A stretch of 64,000 nucleotides of DNA, from assembly GCF_037042905.1 (NCBI RefSeq), contig NC_087257.1, positions 12,958,001 through 13,022,000 on the forward strand, in the 5' to 3' direction. Source of the DNA: Lytechinus pictus. Lineage: Eukaryota. A program made the position numbers and the translations under genes. The notes under the pieces are model-generated. The model saw only the letters and a program-made list of their open reading frames with translations. It was not told the DNA's origin and did not search any database. Of this stretch, positions 53,818 to 63,484 are shown piece after piece. The stretch's first letter is position 1. Every line of letters starts with the position of its first letter.

Positions 53818-54444
53818 ATGAACGACATTCAAACACAAACGGGATGTAAAATTGAGTACAGAATTATCTCTGCAAGTGGAAGGGTGTACACTAATATGAC
53901 AGCTGAAACTAGAACTGGCACCCAAACTACAGAAGTCGCTCCCGCACTTTGCCCCCAGCCCCTATTACTCACATTCTTTCAACCTTCTGTATAACTTTGT
54001 CCTCCCACACCCCTTCAACCCCAGTGCCCCTTCAACCCACAATACCCCTTCAACATCCCTCCTCAATCAAGAAAGGACAAATTTATCACATTCAGGACAC
54101 CAACCACGTGATTTCGCCAGGCAGCGACAACGACAGTTACACATAATCTCCCAGGAAAAAGAACGTGCCTCTCACTAAAGACCCCACCTCCAAGGACAAG
54201 GACAAATCGCTGCCGAGTTTGTAATTTACTCTATGACTCGGAAGAGGAATTGGATTTTTGCCATAAGCACGGCGTAAGGGGGAAATGGATCGGTTGCGAG
54301 TATAAAGAAGGCCTTAATGACAAGCTTTGTGATTACTGGGCACATATAACTTGTTCAGGTATACCTATTAAAACGCAAAGAGACCTAAAAAACTACACGT
54401 TCTTTTGCCCAAATCATAATCATGATGATGCGAAGGAGATATAA
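53818..54444 (+). pseudogene. Degenerate chromodomain-like (NYLCKWKG) and PHD-finger-like (CRVC..WIGC..CDYWAHITC..FFCPNH) fragment, probably TE-derived
   Basis: PHD-like frame is open at 54112-54444; the chromo-like part has stops. Confidence 0.5.
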
Positions 54445-54460
54445 TATTTTCTTATTTTAA

Positions 54461-54831
54461 CCCATAGAGGTACAGTGTTTCTTTTTAGAGACACTTTTGA
54501 GTTTCTCTTAACTCTGACATGTAGCAAGTACACATGATGTATGATTAAAAAGAGAAAAATGAACTGAAAAATCTGTTACCACTCTCAATACCATAAGTTG
54601 TGCAGTTGCAGCTAATCATTACGCATTGAACAACAACATCACTGTTTAAAAGGCCAAATTGGCAAGTTTTCGCTAAAATTCTGCCATTATTTTTTTAATA
54701 CTTTGACTCATTTTACATCCATATTTATATTGTTCAAAGTATGGAAATTAGTACAAAATTAATGTCTGTTGCAAATTTAATGGGTGAAATCATAGCAAAT
54801 ATAACCTTATAAAGCTCTGTACCTCTATGGG
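54461..54831. mobile_element. piggyBac-type MITE
   Basis: TTAA TSD, perfect TIR CCCATAGAGGTACAG. Confidence 0.8.
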
Positions 54832-55080
54832 TTAAAGGGCAAGTCCACCCCAACAACGAGTTGATTTCAATGAAAAGAGAAAAAGTCAATCAAGCATTTT
54901 TCTGAAAGTTTCATCAAATCGAATGTAAAAAAAGGAAAGTTATGATATTTGAAAGTATCGCTTAATTTCGTAAAAACAGTTATACTGTATGCACACCCTG
55001 GTCAGCATGCAAATGAGGGGACCGATGAGGTCATCCACTGGCTATTTCTTTTGTATCTTATGAAGTATGAAATATCTTAA
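54832..55080. mobile_element. Truncated Kolobok-type MITE, family A
   Basis: Left end only, diverged. Confidence 0.7.
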
Positions 55081-55719
55081 TTTTTTTTATATATTACAAT
55101 TTTTAAAAAGGTTTTATTCCCCACTGGGGAATCCGTTTCTGCAATATATTGCGGCGGCTATTTGGGCAAGATTATGACAAATGTGGGATAATCATGATAT
55201 AGTATAAATACATCTATTATTAAGAAAACAATAAAGGTAAAAGTAGCATTTTTTTTTACTGCAATTGGGCCTGATGCATTAGATGCACATAATGATATGC
55301 AGTATGAACAAGAAAAGTTAAGAGAGAATTCAAACTTTTGTTGAGCTTTGGGATGACCATTGTAAGGGAACAACAAACATTATATAGGAGCACTTTGCAT
55401 TTTATACTCCATACCACAGGGCCAAGATTCATTCGATGACTTTGTAGTCAAACTTACGAAGCAAGTGAAAAATGCAATTTTAGGGACCTACGAAAAGGAC
55501 CTGTGGATCATATCATTGTTGGTTAGAACAAGGTAATCTGCAGATGGAGAGGCGTGTTTTCCGTTCTTGTGTTCAAACGCAGGATGTGCAGTTGGTGCAA
55601 TGGAGCAAGTGCGTTGCATCTCACCTTTGAAGGTGTGCAGCAAATTGTCAAGAGGATCAAGAGCTGATTGTAGAGAGGTAGCAATCAATGACACACCATA
55701 TTTGCAATATACACTCCTG

Positions 55720-56746
55720 GGCCCCGTTGCATAAAACTTTTGCCGGAGTTTTTTACGGCAAAAAATCAGGAAACTACGGCAAAAAAAAATTGCCGGAGTT
55801 TTCCATTGCATAAAACTTTGCCGGAGTTTTATACGGCAAAACTTTTAAAAAACTCCGGCAAATCAAGTGGGTTTTTGCCGTAGCTTCTGTACCAACGGCA
55901 AAGTCCTAAAAACTCCGGCAAAGTAGTTTCAAGATGGCTGCTTTATTGTATGCCATACAGCAGGCAGCTGCCTTGAGACGGGAGCGAGTCTTTAGAGATC
56001 GAACGCATCCCTTGGATATCTATGACGACAGCGAGATGCTGAAGTTGTATAGATTCTCCAGACAGGGATGCGTTCATGTCATTAACAGACTCACTCCCCA
56101 TATCGAGCATCCAACGAGAAGAAATTTTGCTCTACCTGCAAGCTTGCAAGTATTTATCACCTTACAATATTTTGCGACCGGATCCATGCTTACGAACACC
56201 AGTGTAATACATGGAATACATCTGTCAACAGCATCAAGGACGATACGGAGAGTGACCTTAGCCTTGTATCAGCTAAGAAATGAGGTAATTACAGATAATT
56301 TCATCTATTTGATAATTATTAGGGCCTATTTTAAGGTCATCATGGATGAAGGAAAGTTATTGAAATTTCTGTGACTCTCAACACTGCAATTCTCAAAGAT
56401 TATTATTATCGTATCGAGCTTGAAATGTCTAACTTAGGCCTAACATATAACTTAGTAGTAGATCTATACTATATAAGACTTAGATCCAACATATTTCTAA
56501 AAAAAAAAAGGGTTATAAATGATGCCATGAAGCTGTTTTAAGTCTTCAAATTACTTGATTGAAGTTGAACTTCGTGCCCTTTTATTTTTTTTGTTACCAT
56601 GGCCACAGACGATCATTAAAAAGTTTGCCAGAGTTTTTTTGCCATGAAATTTTGACCGAATTTGAAACTCTGGCAAAAACTAAGGTTTTCGCCATAGAAA
56701 AACTATGGCAAAAATAAGTCTGGCAAAAGTTTTATGCAACGGGGCC
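55720..56746 (+). mobile_element. Internally deleted PIF/Harbinger transposon
   Basis: Perfect TIR GGCCCCGTTGCATAAAACTTTTGCC, CTG TSD, subterminal TTTGCCGGAGTTTT repeats. Confidence 0.9.
55934..56284 (+). pseudogene. Harbinger (HARBI1-like) transposase, first exon only
   Basis: RVFRDRTHPLD..YRFSR..LQYFATGS..STASRTIRRVT HTH region ending at a GAG|GTAATT donor; DDE core absent. Confidence 0.85.
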
Positions 56747-56959
56747 CTGGATCTTAGCAGGCATCTACCACAAATATGTTCATAAGGGGCTTGATGCCAA
56801 ACGGAAATTTTAGAGGTTGACTGCATGTTCTGCTGCTCACATAGCTCTCCAAGACATCTTATTCGACAAGAATTTGACACACGACACTTGCCTTATCACG
56901 AAAGCATGCCACACAGGAGAACTCGAGTTGTTTCACAACATGCCTCTCAGCTTCCATCT

Positions 56960-57741
56960 TTGATGTGGTTCATTACCCTGGTATGCAGGCGATGCTACAA
57001 TATATTACTCAGTGTGGTGAAGGACATATCTCAGAAATACGGAAAAAGCTACAACAAATGGGCCACTGCAACAGTCATGTGTGTCTGTGGCAATGTTGTC
57101 ACATGGTGGAATCCCAACCGGTGATCGCATCAGCTTCTGTTGGAAATTTATTGTGTTCTACAAGTGCTCTGGTTTATCGTTCGAGAGCTTGGATTTCTTT
57201 TCTTCGTAGCTTAATATGGAGTTTGTGGGAAGCACACAATTTTTTGATAATCAAGAAGAGCACAGCACTTTAATGCAGCAATCAGCACCGCCAAAGGACC
57301 AACATGGTTGAAGCCAGAAGTCAAGTGAGCAGTAGTGGTACTCCTATTCCCATATGTGGAGATGGACAATGCGATAGCCCAGGTTAAAATGCCAAATATT
57401 GCAGCTACATGTATACTATGATGGAGCCCAAAATTTCAGAGATAGTTGCAATGAATCCTGTACAAGTGAGTGAGGCAACAAGTTATAATGCCATGGAGAA
57501 GCTGGGATTTCAAAGAGCATTAGATGGGCTGCTGGAGGCAGGATTGAACATTGGAACTGTGGCTAAAGATCACCATCGCGGCATAAAGACATTGATGAAG
57601 GAGAGGTACCAGCAAATCGACCATAAATATGATGTGTGGCACATAAAGAAATCAATCACAAAGAAACTACTTGCAAAGACCAAGCAGAAGAAATGTGTGG
57701 GGTTGGTGCCGTTGAGCAGATGTATCACTACTCAACTTTAG
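56960..57741 (+). pseudogene. Kolobok-type DDE transposase fragment
   Basis: GDGQCDSPG*NAKYC, MEKLGF, KDHHRGI and YDVWH motifs; in-frame stop and frameshifts. Confidence 0.75.
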
Positions 57742-58189
57742 TGGGGTGGACGCAACCCCCTTCCAGCTTGGAGATCTAGGGAGGCAGGAAAGCATCTCAA
57801 GCCATTCTTAGCCGAGATGATGGAATCTGAGGGCCAGACTGTATTCAGGGGGGCATCAACTGAAGAGGACAGTGATGGAAGAGGATGAATTCAACATAAA
57901 TAGGTCATTATTTTTATTTAATCATAAAAAAATAATACATTTGGTTTGATTTTCAACTGAAAATCATAAAACAATAACCAATTCTGTATTACCATGGCAT
58001 ATCAAATTCTTTCACATTATAATTTTATTTAGTCATGTTGACCCAACCATTAAAAAAAACAAAAACATCTGAACATTATTAGCTTTACTTTAGTATTGTA
58101 TACCATGTTGATAGATATCAGATAATGCAGTAGAAGTAGGTCATATGATTTTTCATTAATTTTGTACTTTTTTAAAATAAATTTGTAGG

Positions 58190-58980
58190 TCAGATGTGGT
58201 GAACAAACTTCAACGGCCTCTCACCAGGTGCTTTGAAGGTTTGAGACAAGATGAGATGTCTGCAGCAACAACCATCTTGGACACCAGTCAGTGGCCACAA
58301 AGAGGGAGGAATTGGAGCCATATGGGAACACCTCAGCTGACTTCGCATGTAGGCACTTCGCTACAATCTTGCAGCATCACATGTGTCAGCTGGAGAAAGT
58401 AATGTATGTAATGGTGTCTGCCACCACAACCATCTTGGACACCAGTCAGTGGCCACAAACGAAGGGGGGAACTGGAGCCATATGGGAACACCTCAGTTGA
58501 TGTCGCATGTAGGCACTTCGCTACAATCTTGCAGCATCATATTCAGCTGGAGAAAGTTATGTATGTAATGGTGTCTGCCTCCACAACCATCTTGGACACC
58601 AGTCAGTGGCCACAAATGAAGGGAGGAATTGGAGTAATAGGGGAACACGTCGTTTGACTTCTTATGTAGGCACTTCGCTACAATCTTGCAGCATCACAAG
58701 TTTCAGCTGGAGAACGTCATGTATGAGTCGCAGGAGGCTAAAATCTATCAGGTCTCCCAAGGCCAAGGCAGGAGAGTGCATGGAAGGACATCATGATGGA
58801 TGAGGAACTGAAGGCAAAGATACCCAACTTGCTACACATCGTGGAGATCCTGTTTGTCCTTCTTATCTCGACTGCTGCATGTGAAAGGGGCTTCAGCTGC
58901 ATGAAGAGAGTGAAGTCAGACTGGCGTTCTTCTTTGAAGGTCGACATGCTATCCAAGTTAATGTCTGTCTTGCTCCTCAG
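58190..58980 (+). pseudogene. hAT transposase C-terminal fragment (dimerisation domain)
   Basis: PNLLHIVEILFVLLISTAACERGFSCMKRVKSDWRSSL motif. Confidence 0.85.
58257..58725 (+). repeat. Tandem triplication, ~158-bp unit, inside the hAT fragment
   Basis: ACCATCTTGGACACCAGTCAGTGGCCACAAA at 58271, 58429 and 58586. Confidence 0.9.
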
Positions 58981-59099
58981 AATCATCACTAGGAGCAACT
59001 TTAACCAAAACGATTAGAGCAAAGTTTATTTATGTTGTGGACATTTCACCTTAGAACAGTTCAATGAAAACCAGCTCATGATGTGTCAAAATAAGTTCA

Positions 59100-59660
59100 G
59101 AAGTCGCCCCCATATTCTGAAGTTGGATTTAAATCAAATCTCGGTCTACATGTAAGTCTGATTTAATACATTTCAAAATCTCACTTTAGACCGCGGGTTT
59201 TGGAATTCCATTTCTGAAGTACGGTCTAACTTTAAACCCTGGTCAAAGTGGAGTCTAACTTGTGTGAAATTTAGACTGCGCCATGGCGTAGTTTAACTTT
59301 CAAAGATGGCCGATCTACTTGCTGCCTTGCGGCGGGGAGAGCAAATGCTCATGCTGAATAATCGGAGACAAGAAGAAGAGATAGAGCGGCCGTTGGTAGA
59401 AAGAAAGAAAAAAATCATATTTACAAGAACCACAAATTTCTGCATCAGTACCGATTGACCAAGGAAACTGGTTTGCATTCTGAAGTCAGGTCTCATTTAG
59501 ACCATGATATAAGTTAGACTAGAGTCTAACGGATCCACACTTAGACCGCAGGTCCAGTCTAACTCCAGTTTAGCGCGATTTGTGTTTCTGAAACTTCATT
59601 TTAATTAAACGCCGGGTTTAGGCGTAGTCCAACTTTAACCCATGGTCTAAAGGTAGACCA
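59100..59660 (+). mobile_element. Degenerate Harbinger-like element with transposase N-terminal remnant (ATG 59307)
   Basis: TAGACC/GGTCTA subterminal repeats; AAGATGGC start context as at 55934; QYRLTKE motif. Confidence 0.4.
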
Positions 59661-59837
59661 CAGGTACAAGTTGGTGGTCGTGGTGTTAGTGGATTACTTC
59701 GCATGTGCAATTGAAGCAGAAATTTGGTCTGCTTCTATTGCACATGCGCAGTAAATACAGGCTTCTTTGAATTGTGATAATCTTCTGCTACTCGAGATAA
59801 ATTCCTTCAACAAATAAGTTACAATATCCAAATAACC

Positions 59838-60761
59838 ATGGAGGAAAGTCACAAGAAAGCCAGGAAAAGAAACTGGGACAGCACGGAAAAAACCCTCCTC
59901 GTTCACCTCGTTGGTGATAAAATAGATATTATCGAAAAGAAGAGAAACGATTTCCCGGCCAACTCTGCCAAAATCAGGGCCTGGGAGGAAATCTTCAGTG
60001 AATTTCGGGCCCGGTATGGAGAGAGGAGGAGCATGAAAGAAATACGAGATCAATGGAAAAGGATAAAGCTCGCGGGGAAGGCTGAATGGACCGACTTCTC
60101 CAAAAAGAGGAGGATGACGGGAGGAGGAGAGCCACCCCAGCAACCCTCGGACCTCTCTGTCGTTCTGCGGGACATGGTCCCAAATGAGTTTGCGCAGATA
60201 CTCAACGAGTACGATGATGATGCAGGCATTGCCCGTCAGAACGACGATGCAGTGTATGCATTCGAGTACCTTGCAGGAATGCTGCCAGTGTTGGAGAAGG
60301 AAGAATGGACAAAGTACACGAAGAAGAGGAACAGCCGAAGGAATTCTGTCCGTGTATTCGGAATCCCAGAGAAGAAAGGAGAAGATACTGACCAACTCCT
60401 CATCAAGGCAGTGTCTGATGATCTTCCCTGCCCAATCTCTTCTGCTAACATCGATCATTCCCATCGATCAGGGAGGCCAAGAGCTGATTCAAAGAAGCCC
60501 CGCCCCATCCTGGTCAAGTTAACCCACTACAGGAAAAAGGCGGCCCTGATGAAGGATAGACATCAACTCAAAGGATCAGGCATATCCATCCAGGACTTGA
60601 CGAAAGCAAATCATCGGATCCTCTTGAAACTTTCTAACCATCCGAAGGTTGAGGCTGCCTGGACAGTCGATGGAAGAATCATGGCCGCCTTGAAGATGAA
60701 TGAGGAGGGGATTTCTATAAAGAGAGGTGTAACTTCCCTTCAAGAAGTTTCAACATTATAA
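59838..60761 (+). CDS. Chimeric Myb/SANT-like DNA-binding domain + LINE ORF1p RRM/CTD protein, array copy 1 (307 aa, intact)
   Basis: N-terminus RKRNWDSTEKTLLVHLV..KIRAWEEI..EIRDQWKRIK..RRMTGGG; C-terminus SRRNSVRVFGIPE..IDHSHR..PRPILVKL..DLT..AWTVDGRI. Confidence 0.75.
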   Translation: MEESHKKARKRNWDSTEKTLLVHLVGDKIDIIEKKRNDFPANSAKIRAWEEIFSEFRARYGERRSMKEIRDQWKRIKLAGKAEWTDFSKKRRMTGGGEPPQQPSDLSVVLRDMVPNEFAQILNEYDDDAGIARQNDDAVYAFEYLAGMLPVLEKEEWTKYTKKRNSRRNSVRVFGIPEKKGEDTDQLLIKAVSDDLPCPISSANIDHSHRSGRPRADSKKPRPILVKLTHYRKKAALMKDRHQLKGSGISIQDLTKANHRILLKLSNHPKVEAAWTVDGRIMAALKMNEEGISIKRGVTSLQEVSTL

Positions 60762-61287
60762 ACTTTTCTATCAATCCAAGAGGTTTGAATTGAATCTATT
60801 GCTCACATTTGTTTTGCTCTTATTCTCTTTTTCTCTACATATACATGTAAGTACATTATTGTGTGATCAGGTATGATTATCATGTTTTCTGTATATATAC
60901 ACTATTTTTATTTTTTTTGTATCTCATGTTGTGTGTGCTGATGCGGCTGGTTTGTATGTGTGTACATGTATGTGGAGGTTCCTCAACAATTCCAATTGTT
61001 TACGTGTTTGCTTTGTGGCTTACATCCTGTAGATGAACTGCATCTCTATCTCTATCTACCACTGCTGAGGTCACAATGAAATAAATAAATATAAGAAAAT
61101 TGCTTTATTAAGAGAATACCAGCCGATTTCAGATTTTACAAATTAGCATAATAAATCAGTGGTAAATTTGAATAATTTTGGAGATCATAATGTGGGTCGC
61201 ATTCTTGCTTATATCCATTACAAGATCAATTACAAAATAGCCAAGTCAATTTTTGATTCAAACATATTAAATTTTAGGAACTGGCTT

Positions 61288-61623
61288 ATGGGAGCATCCA
61301 CAGACCAGATGAGAAAAATTGGTGTTATTTTTGCCTACAGTGATCCAATATCCCGTAAAAAGAATCCTCCGATTACGAAAAAGTGCCCCTATTGTGGTAC
61401 TTCAGTGCAGCGGTTGGACAACCACCTCCATACTGTGCACAACGTCCCACGAAAATCAGAGGAAATGGTCCAACAACTGAAGGCTGTGAAAAGAAACTGC
61501 ACAGACTTCTCCAAAAAGAGGAGGATGACGGGAGGAGGAGAGCCACCCCAGCAACCCTCAGACCTCTCCGTCCTTCTGCGCAGTAAAAAAATATTTTTGT
61601 GTTATGTTGATTTCTTCTTGTAA
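61288..61623 (+). other. Short ORF with a C2H2-like finger (CPYC-x8-NHLHTVH) fused to a duplicated Myb tail; repeated at 63109-63444
   Basis: ORF track plus nucleotide identity of 61504-61580 to 60093-60169. Confidence 0.5.
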
Positions 61624-61663
61624 ATTAGTTTTGTAATCGAAATAATTACAAGTTTCAATAACC

Positions 61664-62592
61664 ATGGAGGAAAGCCAAAAAAAAAAAAGGACAGGAAAAG
61701 AAACTGGGACAGTTCAGAAAAAACCCTCCTTGTTCACCTCGTTGGTAATAGAATAGACATAATAGAGGAGAAGAAAAACGATTTTCAGGCCAACTCGGCC
61801 AAAATCAGGGACTGGGAGGAAATCTTCGGTGAATTTCGGGCCTGGTATGGAGAGAGGAGGAGCATGAAAGAAATACGAGATCAATGGAAAAAGATAAAGC
61901 TTGCGGGGAAGGCTGAATGGACCGACTTCTCCAAAAAGAGGAGGATGACGGGAGGAGAGCCACCCCAGCAACCCTCGAACCTCTCCGTCGTTCTGCGGGA
62001 CATGGTCCCAAATGAGTTTGCGCAGATACTCAACGAGTACGATGATGATGCAGGCATTGCCCGTCAGAACGACGATGCAGTGTATGCATTCGAGTACCTT
62101 TCAGGAATGCTGCCAGTGTTGGAGAAGGGAGAACGGACAAAGTACACGAAGAAGAGGAACAGCCGGAGGAATTCTGTCCGTGTATTCGGAATCCCAGAGA
62201 AGAAAGGAGAAGATACTGACCAACTCCTCATCAAGGCAGTGTCTGATCATCTTCCCTGCCCAATCTCTTCTGCTAACATCGATCATTCCCATCGATCAGG
62301 GAGTCCAAGAGCTGATTCAAATAAGCCCCGCCCCATCCTGGTCAAGTTAACCCACTACAGGAAAAAGGCGGCCCTGATGAAGGATAGACGTCAACTCAAA
62401 GGATCAGGCATATCAATCCAGGAGGACTTGACGAAAGCAAATCATCAGATCCTCTTGAAACTCTCTAACCATCCGAAGGTTGAGGCTGCCTGGACAGTCG
62501 ATGGAAGAATCATGGCCGCCTTGAAGATGAATGAGGAGGGGATTTCTATAAAGAGAGGTGTAACTTCCCTTCAAGAAGTTTCAACATTATAA
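61664..62592 (+). pseudogene. Myb/SANT-LINE ORF1 chimera, copy 2 (poly-A frameshift near the start; 242-aa ORF from 61864)
   Basis: Near-identical to copy 1; an A12 run shifts the frame, which could be a sequencing error. Confidence 0.7.
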
Positions 62593-63484
62593 ACTTTTCT
62601 ATCAATCCAAGAGGTTTGAATTGAATCTATTGCTCACATTTGTTTTGCTCTTATTCTCTTTTTCTCTACATATTCATGTAAGTACATTATTGTGTGATCA
62701 TGTATGGTTATCATGTTTTCTGTATATATATACACTATTTTTATTTTTTTTGTATCTCATGTTGTGTGTGCTGATGCGGCTGGTTTGTATGTGTGTACAT
62801 GTACGTGGAGGTTCCTCAACAATTCCAATTGTTTACGTGTTTGCTTTGTGGCTTACATCCTCTAGATGAACTGCATCTCTATCGATCTACCGCTGCTGAG
62901 GTCACAATGAAATAAATAAATTGTTTAATTAAGAGAATACCAGCCGATTTCAGATTTTACAAATTAGCATAATAAATCAGTGGTAAATTTGAATAATTTT
63001 TGAGATCATAATGTGGGTCGCATTCTTGCTTATATCCATTACAAGATCAATTACAAAACAGCCAAGTTTATTTTTGATTCAAACATATTAAATTTTAGGA
63101 ACTAGCTTATGGGAGCATCCACAGACCAGATGAGAAAAATTTGTGTTATTTTTGCCTACAGTGATCCAATATCCCGTAAAAAGAATCCTCCGATTACGAA
63201 AAAGTGCCCCCATTGTGGTACTTCAGTGCAGCGGTTGGACAACCACCTCTATACTGTGCACAACGTCCCACGAAAATCAGAAGAAATGGTCCAACAACTG
63301 AAGGCTGCGAAAAGAAACTGCACAGACTTCTACAAAAAGAGGAGGATGACGGGAGGAGGAGAGCAACCCCAGCAACCCTTGGACCTCTCCGTCCTTCTGC
63401 GCAGTAAAAAAAGATTTTTGTGTTATGTTGATTTCTACTTGTAAATTAGTTTTGTAATCGAAATAATTACAAGTTTCAATAACC

